Below the pieces are notes generated by a model. It saw only the letters and a list, made by a program, of their open reading frames with translations, did not search any database and was not told where the DNA came from. Made by a program: the position numbers and the translations under genes. Positions 56,061-64,000 of a stretch of 64,000 nucleotides of DNA are shown piece by piece. The stretch comes from a virus (lineage: Duplodnaviria; Caudoviricetes): positions 12,529 to 76,528 of IMG/VR virus record IMGVR_UViG_3300044898_000031. The stretch is one strand, 5' to 3'. The stretch's first letter is position 1. The number at the start of each line of letters is the position of its first letter.

Positions 56061-57188
56061 TTATTTTTTACCCACCAAACCGTTTAAGAATTTATTGTAA
56101 TCTGCATTTGAGTTTTCAGACACCTGAACTTCCGGAGATTTCGGAAGGCCCGACTTATTCTCATACTTGTTTATAGCATCTTCCGTAGCTTTTGCATAAG
56201 CACTATCCCAAATCCTTTGGGATATAACAGGGAAGTTTTCATCAAGGTAATAGGCGTTAATGGTCTTGAAAGCCTCCTGAACAGTCTCATTATTGATAGG
56301 CGTTTGCCCATCCATGAAATATTCCGTCAGCTTATCTCCAATCTGCGCTTTGAACTCCGCAGGATAATCAAACTTCAGCTTACCCTGTTCCACGCCGTCC
56401 TTGTTTTTAAAGGAAAGCTCTCCCATGCCATTGATTTGGCTGGCGATATTAGGAACGGTGCTTTTTACATAGGTCTCGTGTTGAGCCTTTTGTGCAAGCG
56501 TTTGAAGTTGTACGTCCTCTGCCGGATTTGTTACCGTTGATGTTTGGGCTTTATATTGGGCTAAAGCGGCTTTGTCGGTATTGGAGTCTACACGAAGCTT
56601 TTCTTCAAGTATCTCCTTTTCGTCACTGCCATCATCGTAATCGGTAATAGGATAATCCTTATCTACCATTTTACGTGCTACGCTCTCTTTATAGCCGTCT
56701 ATTAAAACCAGTTTTGCTACTTTAGCATCAATAGGACTGAGGGTGTTGATGTCCCCTATCGCATTGATTTTCTGAAAATTATTCAGTTGGTCAACTGTAG
56801 CGCCTTTTGAAACAAGGTCATTGAGTATCTTCACATAGTCACTGGCAAATGGATTTTCTTTGGTTTTAGCCTCGAAAGTGTCCCTTTCCGTTTTCAGTTT
56901 ATCATACTCTGATAGTTTCGGTAAAGACTGCTTAAATGCATCTACATCCTTAAACATACCGCCTGTTATTTCGTCTACCCATTTGTTGGCATCGAAAGCG
57001 GGTTGCTCGGTTGTTGGTTTAGCCTCTGGTTCTGCTGGTTGTTCGCCTGTTGGTGCTACCTCACTCATCACGGGTGCTGCTGCGGGTTCATGAGTAGCAA
57101 CTGGTGCCTGTTCCATCACGGAAGTCGGCTGTGGCGTTGATACCTCTTGTGAAATTGAAGCGATTAACTGTTCATCTATCGTTGGCAT
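56061..57188 (-). CDS. Putative capsid scaffolding protein
   Basis: 375 aa, acidic/Pro-rich N-terminus, helical; between portal and MCP. Confidence 0.65.
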   Translation of the reverse strand: MPTIDEQLIASISQEVSTPQPTSVMEQAPVATHEPAAAPVMSEVAPTGEQPAEPEAKPTTEQPAFDANKWVDEITGGMFKDVDAFKQSLPKLSEYDKLKTERDTFEAKTKENPFASDYVKILNDLVSKGATVDQLNNFQKINAIGDINTLSPIDAKVAKLVLIDGYKESVARKMVDKDYPITDYDDGSDEKEILEEKLRVDSNTDKAALAQYKAQTSTVTNPAEDVQLQTLAQKAQHETYVKSTVPNIASQINGMGELSFKNKDGVEQGKLKFDYPAEFKAQIGDKLTEYFMDGQTPINNETVQEAFKTINAYYLDENFPVISQRIWDSAYAKATEDAINKYENKSGLPKSPEVQVSENSNADYNKFLNGLVGKK

Positions 57189-57235
57189 ATTATTTTATTT
57201 GGTTACAATAATAATTTAATTTATTCAATATTTTT

Positions 57236-59770
57236 TTATGCCGCCTGTTCCTGCTCTGGCTGTGGCTGCTGATTTGGGTCGGCAGGCATCGCATTAGGGT
57301 CTTGTGGCGGCATTCCCTGATCTTGCCCCTGTACAGGTAATCCCTGTGGTTGCGGGTTTAAAATAGCCTGTATCTGCTGCTGGTTGCCCTGTACCTGCCC
57401 TGCCACCTGTGCCCCGTTTATGGGTTGCCCTAATGCCGTCTGGTTCTTTAAAAATTCCTGCATTAGCATCCTGTTTTCCTGACCCAACTCTTTTATCAGT
57501 TGTACCATGGCATCTGCCTGCCCTGTCGCTGCTGCCTTTGTCTGTATGTTCTGTTCGTCTCCCTGTTGTTTCTGTGCTGCCGACTGCTGCTGTGCCTGAA
57601 TATTATTCTGCTGGTTCTGCTGCTCCTGCTGCATAGCGGCTTTGGTCTTTTTAGCCTGTATCTGAGCCATTACATACATGGCCTCGCGTATATTACCTGC
57701 AATAACCCTATCGTACACGTACATCCATTCTGCCACACTTAATCCCTGTGTACCGTTCGTCTGGTCGCCCAATGCTTTTTGCTGCTGTATGGACTGCAAT
57801 AACTGCTGTTTCTGTGCATCTGTAGTCCCCATCTGCACGTCAAGGTTAAACTCAGCGTTAGCGAAGTCGCCGCCTAATTCCAGTATTTTCATATTCTTCA
57901 CCCCTAAAGGCGAGAAACCTATCTTTGCTCCGGTGTCCTTTGCTACTATCTGCCATTTTTTTATAATATCCTCAAAAGCAGCCCTGAAAAGTGATATATA
58001 GGCGTTAAAAGTGGGGTAAAGAGCAGAGTTTGATGCCTGCATCGAAAGCTGTGTCTTTCCCAAGCCATCGTATTGCTGCGGGGTTGACCCATCCGCTCCT
58101 TGCGGGATGCCCAACACTTCCCGTATCTCATTTACTTTATTGACAATAATCTCCCCATAGGTATTCAGTACGCCCACAATCTTTGTCACATCTAAAAAGT
58201 CTATAGGTTTTGCCCCCCCTGCCATATATAGGGGCTTGCCGTGGTCATCAAGCCCGTTGTAGTACAATACCCCTCGCTCGATAAGGGCTTGTAATATATC
58301 TTCGGGCTGCTGTTTTATACCGTTCAAAAAGACGTTTTCAATCAAATCTTTTTGTATCGCCATGCCCGGTGCTGCGGGTACGGTAGCAAGTGTATTACGC
58401 TGTTTAATAATAGCAAGATCAATATCATCCACCAAAGCGATACAACGCTCCACAAGGCTTGCATTACCGGTCTTGGTGAAGAAGTAGTCCAGCCTTGGGG
58501 TTTTATTTCCATCAGGGCCGTAATACACTACATCAGAACAAACACCATAGTCCAAAAACATATCCGTGCCTATTATCCATTGCGCATAATATTTACGGAT
58601 AACACTTTTCCTGATTACCTCGTCCCCGTTCTTTTCGCTTTTTTTATCCTGCTGAAATGTGTACGGCGCTTTCTTAAAGAAAATATCTCCGTCACCGCGT
58701 GTATTCTTGATGTTTGTTTCTATGTCTGTACTCAACCATTGAGCATCCAGCACCATTATTTTTACCCTTGAAACAGGGTCATTGTCAAAATTCGAATAAT
58801 TGTTAAAATTTTCCCTTGCCCGCCATCCTTTAGTGCCTATTAAACTGGCAAACTCCGGGTTGTACCATGCAAACGATTTAGCCAAATAGTTAATGTTTTC
58901 AGCACTAAGATCAGGGTTTTCTTTTACCACATCGGCTAAGGTCATTATCCTTATCTCCCCTGCCCGTGTAATATCCTGAAAGTCATTGTACTCTGAATAG
59001 GGGATAATAGCCCTGTCGATATATACTTTCCTTATCTTGGGCAGTTTGGTTGATTTTTCAATGTACGTTTTCCACCCGGTTAAGGCTACCTGTATCAAAT
59101 CATCAAAAGTGCTGTCCTGAGTCACCTTATAACCCGATACCATCTTTGTTTTAAGGCAAGCCGCTACACAAGCCATTTCCCTTTGCATGGTATAACCCCC
59201 TGTATCAAAGTAAAGGTCAACATCATCACTGCTCTGCATGCCCATTGTCCGAGGGTCTGATTGTGGTGGTATCTGATAATTGGACTGCTTCAAAAACTCT
59301 TGGGTGGCAGGGTGTAACAAGTATTTTAAGGTAGCTTTTTCGGCTTCTTTAGTGGCTAAGCTATCGGTATCTATACAGGAAACTTCCACATCGTACTCTG
59401 CCTGCATATTCTTTTCCCGCATCACATCGAACATCTTTGGCAGGATATAATAGTTATCCCAGCTGATATTCATCTTGGTAGGGTACGTGCCGTCATTCCG
59501 GCGCTTGCTCCTGCCTATTACGGTATCTTTTAGCTTTGAGCTTCCTTGTTGCCCAGTGGCGTAAGCCCTTAATTCCTGAAAGGTTCTTTTCTGACCAAAC
59601 TCAAAGGGCACATAACAATAATTTGAGGCATAATCGGCTATAAAAGCACGTACTATTTGCAGATACCAGTCTTTTTGTAGTTTAAGTGAGGGGTCTATGT
59701 TATCGGAGGGATAGGCATATTGATACCGTTTACCACTATATTCAGATAACTTTAAGTATTTTTCAGCCAT
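57236..59770 (-). CDS. Portal protein (crAss-like)
   Basis: 844 aa after TerL; 'YIDRAIIPYS...D...GEIRIMT', Gln-rich C-terminal coil. Confidence 0.8.
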   Translation of the reverse strand: MAEKYLKLSEYSGKRYQYAYPSDNIDPSLKLQKDWYLQIVRAFIADYASNYCYVPFEFGQKRTFQELRAYATGQQGSSKLKDTVIGRSKRRNDGTYPTKMNISWDNYYILPKMFDVMREKNMQAEYDVEVSCIDTDSLATKEAEKATLKYLLHPATQEFLKQSNYQIPPQSDPRTMGMQSSDDVDLYFDTGGYTMQREMACVAACLKTKMVSGYKVTQDSTFDDLIQVALTGWKTYIEKSTKLPKIRKVYIDRAIIPYSEYNDFQDITRAGEIRIMTLADVVKENPDLSAENINYLAKSFAWYNPEFASLIGTKGWRARENFNNYSNFDNDPVSRVKIMVLDAQWLSTDIETNIKNTRGDGDIFFKKAPYTFQQDKKSEKNGDEVIRKSVIRKYYAQWIIGTDMFLDYGVCSDVVYYGPDGNKTPRLDYFFTKTGNASLVERCIALVDDIDLAIIKQRNTLATVPAAPGMAIQKDLIENVFLNGIKQQPEDILQALIERGVLYYNGLDDHGKPLYMAGGAKPIDFLDVTKIVGVLNTYGEIIVNKVNEIREVLGIPQGADGSTPQQYDGLGKTQLSMQASNSALYPTFNAYISLFRAAFEDIIKKWQIVAKDTGAKIGFSPLGVKNMKILELGGDFANAEFNLDVQMGTTDAQKQQLLQSIQQQKALGDQTNGTQGLSVAEWMYVYDRVIAGNIREAMYVMAQIQAKKTKAAMQQEQQNQQNNIQAQQQSAAQKQQGDEQNIQTKAAATGQADAMVQLIKELGQENRMLMQEFLKNQTALGQPINGAQVAGQVQGNQQQIQAILNPQPQGLPVQGQDQGMPPQDPNAMPADPNQQPQPEQEQAA

Positions 59771-59805
59771 AGTAGCAAAAGTAATATTATTAGCTGTTTA
59801 TTTTT

Positions 59806-61971
59806 TTAAACGTAGTTTTCATGATAATGAATAATTTCGCTTTGTTCAATAAACGCCTTTCTGCTTGTTGGTATTGTAGCAGCAAACAAGGCCCATCCGC
59901 AAGCAACCCCTAAGTCTTTTTTCCCTTTATTTGCATAATTCATCGATAATAACTGTTCTAATAAATCAGGATGATCTATTGTATTCCACCATTTACAAGA
60001 TAATGTAGTTAGAAATGTAAAATAAGCATCAATATTCCCCTCTGTAGCACTTACGCCATCCCTTTCTTGCTGTCCCCTGTAGTTCTTAAAAGTAGTTGGG
60101 CGTTCCATTTTATACAGATCATAGTTTCGAGTTGAAAGATAGGTAACAAGCGCGTGTTGCCTGTTCTTTTCTATTAAGGCATCACTACCATAATATCTTA
60201 ATGTTAAAATAACATCCTCAAAAAACTCCATTGGATCATTCGGTCTTTGTACATAAGTACAACATACGCGGTTCGTAATAAAGTCAAATCCGCCGTTTAC
60301 AGGATCGCCTTTTCTTATACCCTGCTCAGGATCATCAAATTGATAATATTTTTCCTCACCCCCATCAATATACTCATCCAATTTGGCAAACACACATATT
60401 CCGCCTAATGATGGGTCGCTTTCCAAAACACTCTTTTGATCGATCGGGTCAATACCGGTACAAAAACGTGTTGTATTTGCTGGCTTTGGAGCAACTATAC
60501 CATTTATAATTGCATTCTGTTTCAAGCCAAAATCAGAAGGATGTTTAGAAATTATCCATTTACCTTTGCTATTTGGCTCCCAAACTACAACACTATCTCT
60601 AACACCATCTTTCCAAACAAGATTGCCTTTTACATACAGAGATTTTGGGGCATCATTCTGAATATAATAAAGCCGTCTTTGTAATTTTTCAACATCAAAC
60701 TGGCTTCCTTCATTAGTCGTTAAAAACACATCTTCGATAGTAATAGCGTTCATACGCTTATACTCAATCATGCCCTTGATGTCACCTACCGCCATATAAG
60801 CAGCTAAATCACTTTTTATTTTTTCAAGTGCTAATTCTTTTTGAGGGAAACCCCATCTATCAGGCGGAGCGCAATCTAATGCTCCTCTGAAAATTCTATA
60901 TAATCCTGTAAGTGTCTCTCCGTTTGAATTTCGCTTTTCAGGATCACTTTGATTCCAAAATTTCTTAGCGGTTTTTAACGTTTCTCCACCGCTTAATTCT
61001 TCAACTGTTGATGTGAAAATTGCCTTGCCTAAAATATTATTGGTAATCTTATTATACATGGCCTGCTTTACAACATTCCATGTATATAATGGGTCGGCTA
61101 ATTGCCACTTTCCATGCTCATCATTATAATATCTACCGTAAGTACCTGTTCCAAAAACGTGAGGTTTAGTTGCGCCATAAAGAATAGCACTATTTAATGG
61201 CTGATGTTCATATTCATCATAAGTTATTTGGGCTATACCATGCTCTGTTTGATTTTTTAACATCTTCCCTTTTGAAAGAGTTTCTCTTTGGTAGTCAAAA
61301 ATTAATCCATCTTTTGGGTCTGATGTACCTCTGTTGGTGGCTCTCATATAAAAAACCATTTCTCCATGAGCATGGAGAATACGAGTATAAGCATTATCAA
61401 AAATGTCATCCTCATTTATAGACTGCATTGCTGCCTTTACACCCCTTACCCTTGTAGTATACTCATATATAATACAGATAGCCTTTTCGGTATCACCCGC
61501 CTGCCTGCATTTATCATCTAACAGTCCGTAACATTTTGGATCGTAACAAATATGTAGCCACATAATGAAAAATTCCCAATCTGTATACCTGTAAATAAGG
61601 TTATCAGCGGTCATAGATGTCCAATAAGTAAGAAAAAAATAAAAAGGGCCGGGAATGTAAAATTTTTCTCCTTTTATAAAAATCCAAACTCCATTATGTC
61701 GCCTGTGATGTTCATCCCTTATAAATAATTCTCGATCTTTAGTATGCCATCTTTTTAAATCGGGTGGTATAAATACTCTGCGCCATATTTGGTCATTTAT
61801 TGGTAATTTATAATTGATACAATCTTCGTCTTTAGGAGCTTCTGGAAGAATTATATCATAGCCATAAACATTTATTTTCTTGGAAAGTGTAGTGAATTTA
61901 ATATCATATAAAGGAATACCGCTTAAATCAATTTTACCGTCATCCCTTATGGTTTTTTTCCAATCAGTCAT
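59806..61971 (-). CDS. terL: Terminase large subunit
   Basis: 721 aa; Walker A-like 'KCRQAGDT', Walker B 'YYNDEHGKW', nuclease 'TGIDP' and 'KDL.VA.GWAL'. Confidence 0.88.
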   Translation of the reverse strand: MTDWKKTIRDDGKIDLSGIPLYDIKFTTLSKKINVYGYDIILPEAPKDEDCINYKLPINDQIWRRVFIPPDLKRWHTKDRELFIRDEHHRRHNGVWIFIKGEKFYIPGPFYFFLTYWTSMTADNLIYRYTDWEFFIMWLHICYDPKCYGLLDDKCRQAGDTEKAICIIYEYTTRVRGVKAAMQSINEDDIFDNAYTRILHAHGEMVFYMRATNRGTSDPKDGLIFDYQRETLSKGKMLKNQTEHGIAQITYDEYEHQPLNSAILYGATKPHVFGTGTYGRYYNDEHGKWQLADPLYTWNVVKQAMYNKITNNILGKAIFTSTVEELSGGETLKTAKKFWNQSDPEKRNSNGETLTGLYRIFRGALDCAPPDRWGFPQKELALEKIKSDLAAYMAVGDIKGMIEYKRMNAITIEDVFLTTNEGSQFDVEKLQRRLYYIQNDAPKSLYVKGNLVWKDGVRDSVVVWEPNSKGKWIISKHPSDFGLKQNAIINGIVAPKPANTTRFCTGIDPIDQKSVLESDPSLGGICVFAKLDEYIDGGEEKYYQFDDPEQGIRKGDPVNGGFDFITNRVCCTYVQRPNDPMEFFEDVILTLRYYGSDALIEKNRQHALVTYLSTRNYDLYKMERPTTFKNYRGQQERDGVSATEGNIDAYFTFLTTLSCKWWNTIDHPDLLEQLLSMNYANKGKKDLGVACGWALFAATIPTSRKAFIEQSEIIHYHENYV

Positions 61972-62612
61972 AAGGGTAATTTTATTTGATGTTCTACTAT
62001 CTTACTGCCTTTCTGAATATTTTCCTTCCACCATAAGGGTTGTAAATTTGTATAATGACATAATATTCGTAATTCTTCTTCTGTTTTGGCTGTTGATAAA
62101 GCCATTTTATGGTCAATATGCCATCCGAATTTGCCAAAATTTTCCCATGACATGCCTTTTTTAAATTGCCTTTCAATATGTATTTTGGCAGTCTCGTAAT
62201 CACATCCAAGCAACTCTTTTGACCTGCCTTGTTTACCCCATCCTTGTTTTATTTTAAACGCTCTGGTTACGCCATTTCGTAATGAAACAATCATTCTATT
62301 AAATGGATCATTATCGTACCTTTCTTTTCTTAATATTCTCCTTCTCTCATTGTAATTTCTTTTATACAATTTTATTTCTTCAAAGTGTTCACTGGCATAT
62401 TTAGCGCTAATGGCATTAAGTTTTTCTTTGTTCGCTATCTGATATTGTCGTTTATATTCCTTATTTTTTTCAGCATTTTTTTTCCTATATGCTTTTTGAT
62501 AGTCTTCTGTACAAACCTTACATGAATATTGAATACCTAATTTTCTTTTTTTATGTAAAGGAAATTCTTCAAATTCTTTCTCAATATTACATTTAATACA
62601 AACTACTCTCAT
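61968..62612 (-). CDS. HNH (endonuclease VII-like) nuclease
   Basis: CxxC...CxxC N-terminus; 'GMSWEN...WHIDH...CHYTNLQPLW..EN..K'. Confidence 0.85.
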   Translation of the reverse strand: MRVVCIKCNIEKEFEEFPLHKKRKLGIQYSCKVCTEDYQKAYRKKNAEKNKEYKRQYQIANKEKLNAISAKYASEHFEEIKLYKRNYNERRRILRKERYDNDPFNRMIVSLRNGVTRAFKIKQGWGKQGRSKELLGCDYETAKIHIERQFKKGMSWENFGKFGWHIDHKMALSTAKTEEELRILCHYTNLQPLWWKENIQKGSKIVEHQIKLPL

Positions 62613-63208
62613 ATAACACTCCTTTCCTGAGCAAACTTTTCAGGGTATCCAATTATTTTAACCATTTCATTAAACACAATAGCATTTTTCATTTTTATAT
62701 CAGGAAATAAGCGCTGCTCGTAGCGTTGTAACTTTTCTATAAAATCCTCAGAGTTCTTTTCTAAAAGCAATTTACGCTTGATATAAGCGTCAATATCATC
62801 ATCTTTTGCCTTTGGTTGGTTCAGTTCTTTTTGCAGTTCATAGTAAAGCCTGTTAAGTGTCCACCATCTGGTAAAGTCGTGCTTTGACTGCATCTGAAGA
62901 TAAACAGAGGTTATATCAATTATCTTTTTATGCTGCCACTCCAAAACCTGCTTATACAATTTTTTATTTTTTTCAATATCGATTTTAAGGTAGTCAAAAA
63001 TTGCCTTTACCTTGCTGTCCAAATCGTTTATTTTAAGGAAAGGACTGTCAAAGTCAGATAAGCAAATAGATATTTTTATCTCGTCATCCGAGGCGGTAGA
63101 GAACTCTGAAAAAGAGGAAAGATGAGTAAAGTGTTCTATTAAAGACAGGTTCTTTGGACATGATTCGAAATTTATCAAGCACTTATCAAACTCGTAGTTC
63201 ATAATCAA
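62609..63208 (-). CDS. Helical protein upstream of TerL (candidate terminase small subunit)
   Basis: 199 aa, mostly helical; called from position only. Confidence 0.35.
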   Translation of the reverse strand: MIMNYEFDKCLINFESCPKNLSLIEHFTHLSSFSEFSTASDDEIKISICLSDFDSPFLKINDLDSKVKAIFDYLKIDIEKNKKLYKQVLEWQHKKIIDITSVYLQMQSKHDFTRWWTLNRLYYELQKELNQPKAKDDDIDAYIKRKLLLEKNSEDFIEKLQRYEQRLFPDIKMKNAIVFNEMVKIIGYPEKFAQERSVI

Positions 63209-63975
63209 ATATAAGAGATATTTACGGTGTTCTCATCCAGTACTGCGTAGATGTCCTTACGCTGTATCCTAAGCAACTTTTTATCGCTGAATACCCTGTG
63301 CAGACCGTACTCTAATTCTTTGGCATATCGGGGATCGTAGAGTATCGTATCGCCTTGTTCTGCTGCGCCGTCCTGATAACCCCTAAAATCAAGATATTTA
63401 TTACAAGGTGCATTAGCGCTGATAATTTTTGCTTTTGCCCTGTTCCTGTTCTTTTTTTCAGTTTGGTTAAGCATCAGTTCTATCCCCGCTACTTCCTGCT
63501 TTTCTAACTTCTCATTTTCTATCAGCACAAAACCATTGAGCATCTTACACTCATTATCCCTTAATGCAAGAATGAGCATGTCATACTTTATCAGCATCAT
63601 TATCCCCTCGTTAGTAAGTATTTTTTCTGATAACTGGTAAGCCAAGTATTCAAAATATACCTTATCGCCTTTTTCTATTTCTACGGGGACATTATACTGC
63701 ACACTTTGACTCCTCAGGTGATCAATTTTATGCTGTACATAGGGCTGGCGCACAAATGTGCCCTGCCTGAAATCATTATTGTCCTGTAAGTCCCAAATAT
63801 CATCTGCATAAAATTTAAGTTTTTCAGGAACAGCATACACCGTCCCGCAAACAGAGACATGCTCCATTTCTGTTGAGTGCATGATACCTTTCTCATCGTA
63901 TTTGTAACTTGCCGCTAAAATGCCTGTTTCATTCCCTGAGAACTGGTAGGTTTCAAAAGCCTTATCCGGCTTCAC
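63205..63975 (-). CDS. GroES-like co-chaperonin with two tandem domains
   Basis: 'GTVYAVP...IEKGDKVYF...IKYDMLIL' and 'NGFVLIE...AKIISA...QGDTILY...IQRKDIYAVL'. Confidence 0.6.
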   Translation of the reverse strand: MKPDKAFETYQFSGNETGILAASYKYDEKGIMHSTEMEHVSVCGTVYAVPEKLKFYADDIWDLQDNNDFRQGTFVRQPYVQHKIDHLRSQSVQYNVPVEIEKGDKVYFEYLAYQLSEKILTNEGIMMLIKYDMLILALRDNECKMLNGFVLIENEKLEKQEVAGIELMLNQTEKKNRNRAKAKIISANAPCNKYLDFRGYQDGAAEQGDTILYDPRYAKELEYGLHRVFSDKKLLRIQRKDIYAVLDENTVNISYI

Positions 63976-64000
63976 TAATACATAATTACTTAAAATACGC

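Noticed and set aside
37477-62209. Numerous plus-strand ORFs of 60-140 aa within the late region
   Set aside because: Antisense shadows of long minus-strand genes, with no leaders or recognisable motifs.
1-64000. Stop-codon reassignment (TAG or TGA recoding, known in some crAss-like phages)
   Set aside because: All large genes are intact in the standard code and end in TAA or TGA with coupled starts; the few interruptions are indels or a TAA.
1-64000. Integrase, att site, tRNA genes, diversity-generating retroelement, introns or inteins
   Set aside because: No tyrosine/serine recombinase, cloverleaf with T-loop, reverse transcriptase or intein motif recognised; TerL and portal lengths are unremarkable. 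An integrase could lie outside the window.

Overview
The whole 64 kb window is one tailed dsDNA phage (or prophage) segment. No bacterial housekeeping genes, rRNA, tRNA, CRISPR array or integrase were seen. The host is inferred to be Bacteroidota, possibly Sphingobacteriaceae-like, from TAnnTTTG-type promoters, A-rich Shine-Dalgarno-less leaders and Gln after every signal peptide. Layout: (i) 1-3023, minus strand: RepL-like, NinB-like and HTH genes. (ii) 3024-3729: divergent non-coding region. (iii) 3730-24790, plus strand: early/middle region of many small genes with a lambdoid-style recombination set (Rad52/Sak-like annealase, SSB-like, HNH, RusA-like), a GHKL ATPase, ribbon-helix-helix regulators and membrane microproteins. 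(iv) 24853-63975, minus strand: late region with a crAss-like short-tail morphogenesis module (GroES-like, TerL, portal, scaffold, MCP, three ring proteins, muzzle, three ejection proteins), then tail-fibre, membrane and lysis genes. No DNA polymerase, primase, helicase or virion RNA polymerase motif was found in the window. Most striking observation: the tail-fibre gene, the two small genes translationally coupled to it, and a downstream beta-helix/Ig protein all begin with an 18-residue Sec signal peptide followed by Gln19. They surround a Cys-rich peptide gene and four membrane-protein genes, which suggests a fibre/receptor-binding module exported to the periplasm. Other notable items are a repeated covarying two-hairpin RNA element in early intergenic regions, a circularly permuted GHKL ATPase, apparently leaderless host-type promoters inside the late operon, and a split muzzle gene. 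All product calls come from motif recognition by eye, not from database searches.
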